From Craspedostauros australis (Eukaryota): 33,013 nucleotides of DNA. Position 1 is the first letter of the stretch. The number at the start of each line of letters is the position of its first letter. The DNA lies in contig JALAGF010004691.1 of the NCBI GenBank assembly GCA_030167865.1, positions 1 to 33,013 of the forward strand, written 5' to 3'. The position numbers and the translations under genes are program-made. This document shows, piece after piece, positions 1 to 9,600 of the stretch. The notes below the pieces were generated by a model that searched no databases, was not told the origin of the DNA, and worked only from the letters and a program-made list of their open reading frames with translations.

Positions 1-70
1 TCGGATGACAGATATCAACTCCACCGAATACGATATCGGAGTACAGTCGCAATGCAAGACCAAGACCAGA

Positions 71-235
71 ATAACACGGGACAGTGCGACCGAAACAAGC
101 CGAATGTCGACGATGTTCATGGCCGATAACACGGCACATCGCGACAGAACCAAACCGAATGTCGATGATGCTCATGGCCGATAACGCGGCGCATCACGAC
201 GAATGCAAACAGAATGATGATGATGATCACGGTCG
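71..235. repeat. Degenerate 55-bp tandem minisatellite, 3 copies
   Basis: Units start ATAAC(A/G)CGG at 71, 126 and 181 and end GG(C/T)CG. Units 1 and 2 match at 47/55 by manual count; unit 3 is more diverged. Confidence 0.9.
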
Positions 236-587
236 TTCACACGAGAGATGCTGCTGACCCTGCATCTTGCAATCAGTCCAGAACAACATCTCATCCTCAT
301 CTCATAATTCTAGAGTTCAATACAAACTCACCAACCAAACAGTAAACCAACTAATCGACAACTAACGATAACAATTACCTCCAAACCAGAGCCCACGATC
401 TCACCACTGCCTACGCCGGTCTAATCAGTGCTGACATCTGGACACAATACCACACCGTCGTCTTTGCTCCTTGCTTGTCGGCACCTGCAATTTCGGTTTC
501 ATTCCTCGCCTTTTCCTGCCGCCACACCATACTCGTGCCACTCGCTCTATTTGCTTCGCTCGTGCGCTCATACAATGCCATGCGCAG

Positions 588-1835
588 ATCATGAACGCCG
601 TCGTCAAGTGCCTCATGGATCACTCGCATGACTTTGCCAAGAACAAGGAAAGCAAACATCGTCTCGATCATCACGATGATTCGGACGGACCGAGCGGCGA
701 CGAAGAACAAGCCACCGGCAGCGAAGGGGACTACGATGCGAAGAAGCCAGGGCACAACTCAGCAGGGGATATCGCCACGACGACAAGTCCAACCCTCCCG
801 CACGCCACCGACGATGAAACGAACAATGCGAACGTGGTCGCAGCCGCAGCCGTAACTGCGCCGACGAGAGGTCCAAAAACGAGCAGCAAGAGTAGAGGAA
901 GAAATCCGGAGGTCACGCGGCCCAACTTTATGCAGCAATTCGAGCCGAAGTGCTGCGGCCCCGACGTGGTTGATCGTTTGGAGGCATTGCAACAGATGGG
1001 CGATATCCTGGAAAAGGAACAGAAACAGCAGCAGCAAAGAAGGCGATCGCATCGTCCCCGTCGGCAACACGACCACGCCCCGATCCATGGCAGTGGCGAC
1101 GGCAGCATTCACCAAGATGCTCATCATGCACATGGTCACGACCAAGCGGGAAATCCCAATACCTCGCACGTGGGAAACGTCCCTGTGAGAAATCTCGCCG
1201 ACAATGGCCATGGCGATGATAGATTCGAAGAGGAGGACCAAATGGTCGGAGGACCCGCAACTTCGGTTCAGACGGCACGCCAAAAGGTGGAAAGCCAACG
1301 GGCGATGCGAGCAGAAGCCAAGTAACGCGAGACGCACCGGCGGATCACACAGGAGCAGCAACAGACGGAAGATAGTCTGAAATTGGTGCGAATAGGCATC
1401 AACACAGCGCTGGCGATCGGTTTGCACAACTTCCCAGAAGGCCTGGCCACGTTCGTCGCGACGCTGCACGATCCGACGGTTGGCGCGATACTGGCATTCG
1501 CTATTACCATCCACAACATCCCAGAGGGCCTGTGCGTCGCTCTTCCGATTTACTACGCAAAGGGGAATCGAGTCAATGCCTTTTGCTGGGCGATGGTGTC
1601 AGGCGCGTCGGAAATCGTCGCCGCTCTTCTGGGATGGGCCATCCTCGCGAATTCATTCTCCGACGCGCTCTACGCTCTACTCTTTGGCGTGGTGTCTGGG
1701 ATGATGGTGATCATTTGCGTCCGGGAGCTGCTGCCGACGGCCCATTTCTACGATCCTGGCGACACTCTCGTGACGAATTCGTTCATCGCCGGCATGGGGA
1801 CAATGGCGATGTCGTTGGTGCTATTCGTGTTGTAA
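588..1835 (+). pseudogene. ZIP/ZupT-family zinc/iron transporter, copy 1 (last exon only; in-frame TAA at 1323-1325; pseudogene or unusual splicing)
   Basis: Acceptor GCGCAG|ATC ATG AAC GCC at 587/588 mirrors the exon 2 start of copy 2. ORFs 471-1325 and 1383-1835 share a frame and are separated by one TAA. TM4 HNFPEG and TM5 HNIPEG are intact. About 17 differences in the last 150 aa versus copy 2. Exon 1 is not seen in 1-587. Confidence 0.75.
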
Positions 1836-2187
1836 TTTTAAGTATGGTACTACTCCACGATTTTATTCCAGTAGACGATGGGAACCTTCCAAAAGAGCAG
1901 GCGTAGTTGTATCGCATTGCGTTGAGCCAGCCCCTTGGCATGATAGTTGGCCACACAGTTGCCTTGGATGGGCCGGCCAATCTTTGTGCATGACATCGAC
2001 GCACGTACGAGCGATGGGCCCAACGGAAATGGGACGCGGCGAAGTACTCTGCGCTCCGCTGATCTCTCCAGAGAGACAGAGGCAGAGACAGTGAGTATTC
2101 AACCCTGCTCTGCTCTATTTTACTTTCGCTCACTAAGATATGTGTGACGCATGTACAGACATTAGACGTGATACTCTACACAAATAT

Positions 2188-2801
2188 CCCTTCATGACCT
2201 AGGGGATTACTTCGATCCAATATAAATTTCATTGTCACTCCATTCCGTTTTTGACCGCAACTTTTACATGTACCCCTCCACTTTTCTTGTACCAACGGAA
2301 TCCTTGGGAGTTTGCGCTTCTTCTGATCTTCCTGAATCAGGGGTCTTCTTACTGCGGTTGGGTCGCCATCGGCCTCCGAAGTACTCGTGAATCATTTTTT
2401 TTTTGACGACGGGACTGACGGGAAAACTCATCAGCGAGGCCATCATCGCTGATTTTCGTGACACATCAATGGTTTTTTGGTGCTCACATCTCCCAACTCA
2501 ATCGCCGTTTTTCGCATGCATCACTTGACATGCGTGTCCATACAGTTCCATGAATGCCTGCCAGCACATTGCTTCTCTGATGATCTCCGTGGCTCATCAC
2601 TCGTGGATCATTCTTCGTTGCACGCAATCTCTTTGATTGGTTCTTCTCATTGTGAGCTGACCATTACAGTCTAAATCCAGTTTAGAGACAGGTACAGAAT
2701 TAGATTTTGTGCGTAGGACATGGTAGGGAAAAGCTGTAGAAATTTAACACGGAGGCTTTATAATGGCTCTGACAGATCCTTTAGGGCTGGTCCACGAAGG
2801 G
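2188..2801. mobile_element. Candidate non-autonomous DNA transposon with short imperfect TIRs (CCC...GGG termini)
   Basis: Left end CCCTTCATGACC (2188-2199); right end GGTCCACGAAGGG (2789-2801, reverse complement CCCTTCGTGGACC). Flanks are ATAT (2184-2187) and ATAG (2802-2805). No recognisable ORF inside. Confidence 0.4.
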
Positions 2802-4249
2802 ATAGTAGTTGAGCGAGACACTCGAACAAGGTGTGTCCTGTATGAAGGCGGGCAATATTGAAGACTGTTCGGAGGTGTGTGGTATCAACGAAGACTCTGT
2901 GGCTCTTTGGGCGTGGTACTTCTGGGGCGTCACCCTACTTTCTCTTCTCCAAACAGACGCCTCAAGTTGAACTGGATTGGATGGAGTTTTACGCGCGAAA
3001 ACGAAAGAATCGTGATCGCGTTGGACAAATCAAAGAAGCAGGAGGCGCTTTCGTCGCCAACGGAATCAAACCACTCATCACTTCTCCCAAGGTGCCGCTG
3101 AGATGCGATGGGGGAACCGACGGCAGATCGTATTCGTGGTGGGAGCTCACATGTGCCAAGAAAGTATTTACTCCGTTGGAATTCCGCTGAACAACCCGGG
3201 CCTCCGCTCCGCCCCGTCGTCGCATCTTGCGACTGCGGGCGCTGACCATCACCGGCCACGACGACCTGCGGGATCACCAAACAAGGGAGATCATCGATCT
3301 GAGTTCGGCTGGTGTCCAGAGAGGAAACAGCCCTTGGCGAATTTCCAGACCGCTGTCTTCTGTTGCTCGATGGATCATGGCAGAAAGGCACGCCAACGAC
3401 AGAATCCGCACGAAGGATACGCAAGGAGCAGAACTCGCGGCAAGAAGGTTTCGCAATCCAGTCTTCCTTCATTGTGACGCGTTGTGGGGCTTTTTGATCG
3501 CTCGATGCGAAGCGCATTGTCGACCCCATCAGATCATCTGTCTGTGTCGATGCAGTGCTTGTCGCACGAGTTGTTTCGCGCGATGTCGGTACTTCCAAAA
3601 CTTCTGGGGTGTTCGTGGACTGGGTCTGTGTGATACCTTCGAACTTTTCGTCCTTGAATGATGGCAAGAGTTGGGCCTGGTTCGTCATGACTGCCACGCC
3701 CATCCAGAACACATCTACTGCGCTTTCACAACATGGGTGCAATCCCAGAACCGTTTCTCAAAGCTACCTTGTGTTCGCCCTCGTTTATGTCACTCACTAG
3801 TACTTATCGCAAGTTTTGTCTGGACAAGTGATCATAGGCGCGGTGAGGAATGGATCCGTTTCCGTCCACAAACGCTTGGGACAACCGGCACAAAACTGCG
3901 CCAGCCAGCGTGGAGCCAGGGCACACAAAGAGCTGCCGAGCGGGCACTTCTGGTTCTCGCCCGCAGAGGTTTCCCACCATCCTCTCCACCATTTGGTTGC
4001 GGGTCTGCTGCTTACGTGTCCTCGTTGCGGCTCAGTTGCTGTTGTTTGATGTGATGCACGCAGGTCACACGAGGCGCACCAACAAGCCTTCACTGACCCA
4101 CAAGCCACAACACGGTCGTCAACTCTTCGACTTATCGACACCCTCTGAGTTTGGAAACGGGCCCTTCACAAATAGAATACAAGGCACGAGCTCAAGTCAA
4201 AATCAAGCAGGAACAACGACGATTCGCAGCAGCAAGACGAAAAGTAACG

Positions 4250-6188
4250 ATGGCATCCGAGGACAACTCTTCGAACGAGAACAATGTGGGGGTGGCGCTT
4301 GGGCTGGTTTGTGCCGCTGGCGCATCCACGGGCCTGGGTGCAGCCGTCGTGTTCTTCCCCACCCTCGTGCAGATGTCATCAAAGCGGGTGCTGGCATCTT
4401 CGTTGGGTTTCTCGGCAGGCGTCATGATCTACGTCTCCTTCGTCGAGATCTTCAGCAAGTCCAAATCGAGCTTCGTGGATGCAGGCAACACCGAAGATGA
4501 GGCATACATATACTCAACATTCAGCTTCTTCCTGGGCATGGGCGCCATGATGGTAAGTTGGTTGCAAACTTCGGGTGCTCACAAGGCACCCTCGTACTGG
4601 TTCTTGCGCGTGCGCCATGCCCCACCGCGATACCGCCGTTGAAACCGCAAGACTCTTCGACGCCTCATTTGCGCTGCGTCGAGCGAGAAGGATGATGGTG
4701 GTGGTGGTGGTGGAATTGCAATGCCATTTATTGTCTAATATGCACGAGCATAGTCGAGTATGGTGAAGTATTGGTGAACTGAACTATTGCTAGACGAATC
4801 CAACGGAGCTCTGCCTTGCGGATACCACAATACGCACGAGTACGTGCGAGACCACTCGTACATGTTCTAACCGAATGCTTTTCGCCCACTTTCGCATCAC
4901 CTTCCCGCGTTTCTACCATTCCTGAATCATCCAGCTGTTGAATGCCATTGTGGCTTACTTAATGAACCATGCTCACGACTTTGCACATCATCATCACCAT
5001 CATCATGGGCATGACCATGACCATGATCACAACCATGGTCGCAGTGATCGTCACAAACTCAGTCACGATGAAGATGACGAGGAGGAGGGAAGTAGCAAAA
5101 CGACAGTTGGCGATGCGCAACGGCAAGCGTACTCCATGGAGAGCAAGTCTGAAGTGGGGGCAAACCCAACCCTCCCACATGCCACAGACGATGGTCCGCA
5201 CCCCGACAAAGCCAGTGCAGAAGTAGCAGCAGTAGCAGCCTCAAGACAACAAAGGCGCACTAGCAAGGCACGGGGAGGAATATCGGAGATCGCCAAGTCC
5301 AGCTTCGTCCAAAACATGCAGCCGCAGTGCCGCGCTTCAGATTCCGTCCGTCATGTGCAGGCTCTGCAGCAGATGGGGAATATCCTGGAGAACGAGCACA
5401 GGCAACACCACGAGGGACAGCGCATCGACGATCAACGCTCAACGGGAACGTCCGATACGCATTCCGACGATCGCACTCCAAGCAGCGAAAATACCGATGG
5501 CATCGGTCATGGTTGCAGCGGCCAAGCCCAGCGAAGCACGTCCAACATATCTCCTCTCCAAGACAACAGTTCCGCGCAGGACCGTGACGATGATTCTGAT
5601 GGTGAGGTGTACATCGTGAAGAAATCGAGCAGCTTGGTCGACCAGGCCCGGCAAAGGGTGGAAAACCAACGGGCCAAACGAGCGCAAGCCAAGGAGCTCC
5701 GAAAGAAGGAACAAGACAAAAAAGACAACATCAAGCTCGTCCGCATGGGCGTCAATACGGCGCTCGCGATCGGTCTTCACAACTTCCCGGAGGGCCTCGC
5801 CACCTTTGTCGCAGCATTGCACGACCCCACGGTCGGCGCCGTTCTGGCGTTTGCAATCGCCATGCACAACATCCCGGAGGGCCTGTGCGTCGCTCTTCCC
5901 ATCTACTACGCAACGGGGAATCGAGTTAACGCCTTTTGCTGGGCGATGGTATCCGGTGCTTCAGAGTTCGTTGCGGCTCTGCTGGGATGGGCCATCCTGG
6001 CGAATTCATTTTCCGATGCGCTGTACGCGCTGCTGTTCGGCTTGGTGTCTGGCATGATGGTGATCATCAGCGTTCGGGAACTGCTGCCAACGGCTCATTC
6101 CTACGATCCTGCTGACACAGTCGTGACGAACTCTTTCGTTGCCGGTATGGCCCTGATGGCGGTGTCGCTGGTGCTGTTTGTGCTGTAG
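4250..6188 (+). CDS. ZIP/ZupT-family zinc/iron transporter, copy 2 (exons 4250-4552 and 4935-6188)
   Basis: Exon 1 encodes TM1-3 (GVALGLVCAAGASTGLGAAVVF; SLGFSAGVMIYVSFVEIF). Exon 2 encodes a His-rich loop, then HNFPEG, HNIPEG and ELLPTA. The phase-0 splice joins the two in frame. Confidence 0.95.
4553..4934 (+). other. Spliceosomal intron of ZIP copy 2 (382 nt)
   Basis: Donor ATG|GTAAGT at 4553, CTAAC branch-like motif near 4867, pyrimidine tract, acceptor CCAG|CTG at 4934. Confidence 0.9.
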
Positions 6189-6655
6189 GCAATGTCGAGG
6201 GTGTCTATTAGTGCCAGAAGAGCGATGTAGGCAACGGATTGAAGACGAAGTGATCCTGGACGCAACGGCGGCAAGCGAGGGTGGTTTGGGGAATGATATG
6301 CTCTTGGTTCTGGTGCATTCGTACCAACATGTACGACTACAACAGCCAAGCAAGATACTATATGATACCATCGAGGGGAGTAAGTAGATTAGGCACGAGT
6401 GTGATTATGTACCAAAACAGTAGCAATGCGTGGAGTATTCCATACGAAAAATGCCCCAGCACTCTGAAGGAACGTATGTCGCAATAATATTGGACTGATA
6501 ACACCATAATTGCACACATGGCTTGCTGCGCCGCAAGCATCGAGTGGATTGTGACAGAGCTGTGAATGTAAGCGTTGCGCTTTGCTCTATTGTCTGTTGA
6601 CAGCACTATAGCATGCCAGCCATGCCTGCCACTGGAGCAAACCGCATTCACCCTC

Positions 6656-9600
6656 TCAGTCTTTGTCTGCTCCCTCTTCGCTGGTGGCGCCGTGCTTCAT
6701 CAAGTACAGTTGCCATTCCGTTGTGTCTTCATTCTGCTTTGCGGCATGCACAGCCCACCCTCCCTTGGCGAACACCTGCACCGCCTCTTCCGATGCGAGG
6801 ACGACAGGCCAGTGATCGGTGCTCTGGATGTGGAAGATCTTCTCGCCCCGCACCACCGACGCATTCTGCTGCACTAAAGATATCCGCGCGACGAGAGAGA
6901 CGGGGTCATTCTCGTTAGCGTTGGATTGCATAAGTTCGGCTGCTGCATTGAGCCGTCGAATGATGTCTTCTCCATCCGACCCTGTCACCAGAACACTTGT
7001 CGGGAGCGGAGGCGCGCCTGCGCTGTTCGCACCATCGCCATCGCTATCTTCGTTGTCGTTGGCATTCGTGCTTCCAGAAACAGCTTCGGACATGACGAAT
7101 AGGTCGTCGGCGTCGCTGTTGACCACTATCAACCCGCCTGCAACCTGTTGAAAGTTGGCAGCCTTCTCTTGGAATGGGCACATGCCACGGCGCACCATGT
7201 GAATAACGGCATGATCACCATCTTGAGTGCCGACACGAGACTCTGGCTCCTTGATGCCTTGATCTGCCTTGGAATCTGCTGCTGAACCGGATGGCTCCTT
7301 GGCCTCGCCCGGCTCATTCAGCAAAGAAGGACGGTTTGGCGCGGAGTCATTGTCAATGCCGTTGCCATGACCGTCACCAGCATGCTCAGGGACGCACCCG
7401 TATTCGTTGCCAGATGTTGGCTTTCGAAGCGGTAGTTCCAATACTACCTCGCCGACTTCGACAAGCTGCTGGATTTTCGTCGGACCGAACATCGCAGGAG
7501 CGCAAGGATAGACCGCCAGCACTTCCTCCTTTTCTTTGTCGTGACCGTTGGGAGTGCCATCATCGCCATTTGACGCATCAATATCAATATCATCATGGTG
7601 CCTCCCACTGTTAATCCAGATGTTCTTTTGGATGAGCTCGATCTGGCAGAAGAATACCTCTCCTTCGAAGGTCGAGATTGCCGATGTGCGATGCTGCGGT
7701 GCATCATTCTCAGCGGTGGCAGTTTCGCTTGCAGTTGCACTGTCGCCACCGCCTGCCTCCTCGTGTGTTTTTTCTTCTCCTTCTTCTCTATCACCACCAG
7801 CACGATTCGATTTGGCATCGATCAGCATGTAACGCAGATGTTCATCCGGTGCACCGTCGGACGCGAGTTCATCTAGGAGACTCACTGTCACGCTCTCCTC
7901 GCTTGCCACGTTCTGAATGTAGAAACCGCTGCCACCAGGAAAGGCAGAGACATCGAACGAACCCAGCTCTGCGCCCAGATCGTACCTGTTGATGCCATTA
8001 TCGCTGGCCCCGGTGCTGCTGGCCTTGCCCTGTGGCTGAGTCGTTTGCTGTTGACTCTGCGATTTAGTTTGCGCCTTGGATGCGCCGACAGGGCAGCTTT
8101 CCGGCGCCGTGATTGATGCAATGCCATACAAACCACCCAGCAACAGGTTCAGGCTTTCCGCTGAACCAAACACCACATGGTTGGTCTGCGTCTCGCCGAG
8201 TTCATCGGTCAGAGTGGAAAGGTAAAAGTCGTTGTAATCCAGCGATCCACCATGCAGCGCCTTCATCCACGCCAATCTTAACGAATGGTGATTCAAGCAG
8301 ACTGGGCCCGGCTGGTAATTCCGTCCCCGCTTTTTGAAACCCACATGCGCTAAGTTCTGATGGTTCTGCGACTCCGCATAATTGTCATTTCCGTCGAACA
8401 CTTGGGTTGGCGCGAAGAGCGCCTGCAAGAGCCAGTCGTGGTGACGTGATGGCAGCGGGGCGGTGGTACGGAGTTGTTCGTCATGCAGCCTCCGTTCTTG
8501 GTCTTGCAGCCACCGCTGCTGGCGTCCCTGAATCGGGATGGCCATGTCGCCGAGCGATGATTGAAGCTTGGTGACAAACTTCAAGACGGAGCTGCTATCT
8601 GCCCACACCTCCTGGTCCAGCGACAGGCTCGATGCAAGGGTGTTGGAGGCATCATCGCGCGTCTGCTTGCGGAGCTTTGCTTTCAGCCGGCCAGCAAGGT
8701 CTCGCATATGCCGTTTGCGATCCTGCTCTTCGGGAATCGGGACGCTGTGGATGGGATGGGCTTCGGTGGTGAACACCCATTCCCGCGTCGTGTCGGCATG
8801 CAGCAGGTTGTCTTCATCGAAGGTGAGGTAGAGATACTTCAGAGTCTCGCTGAGGAAGAAGGACGGCATTTCGTTCTTCAGCTTGACATCGTCGAATGCC
8901 TGGAATGCGCGGGATGCCCCGGTCGTCGTGTGCGCCACGTCCTTGAGGCTGGCGTAACCGCATTTGGACTTGGTAACCTTCTCCAACGCATGCAGGGCGA
9001 AGTCGGATGCCCATTGCCAACCGGAGGATTGCGAATTGGGATGTGCCACGCTCTTGGTGGATCGATGTAAGAAGTACGCACTCTCCAGCAGCTCGGGCCG
9101 CAAGAAATGCTCGCCGCCTGAGCCATCCACCTTCCACTGGGCGAAGTGGAAACGTTCTGGAAGGAATCCAAGGAACTCACGCGCCAGGAAGTATGAATTC
9201 AATGATCTCGCGGCTGGCTCCAGCTCGCCCAAGAGCACCTGCATGCCTGGGTAGAACGCCATCAGAGCTTCGAATATCTTCCGCGTGCCGTAATTGTTTG
9301 AACCGACCCCGACAGACATGTCGACGTCGGGGTACCACTCGCCGAGACGAGAGTTGTTGTGCACGCCGCCGTATGCGCTGTACATCATTGGCCAGAAGTC
9401 AGCATCCTCATGAAAGAGGGCGTGGTGCTTGATCAGGTATTCCAGGAAGGAGTCCGAGTTGGACCCAATCCCGCTCAACGTCTCGGTCCATCGGCCGCGG
9501 TTGGTGCAGATGTGCTTGCCGTACAGGTTCATGTCGGAACTCCTCATCCACAGCGCGCGCGTCGACAGCTTGGCGGCCCTACCGTACTTCTTGTTACCTG

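Noticed and set aside
71-235. CRISPR array or coding repeat
   Set aside because: Units are contiguous with no unique spacers, 55 is not a multiple of 3, and the context is eukaryotic with no cas genes.
471-587. N-terminal extension of ZIP copy 1 from the ORF track
   Set aside because: Non-ATG start, and it lies upstream of an acceptor AG equivalent to that of copy 2, so it is intronic.
2930-3742. 270-aa minus-strand ORF as a gene
   Set aside because: Non-ATG start, no recognisable motif, and no stronger coding signal than the overlapping frames.
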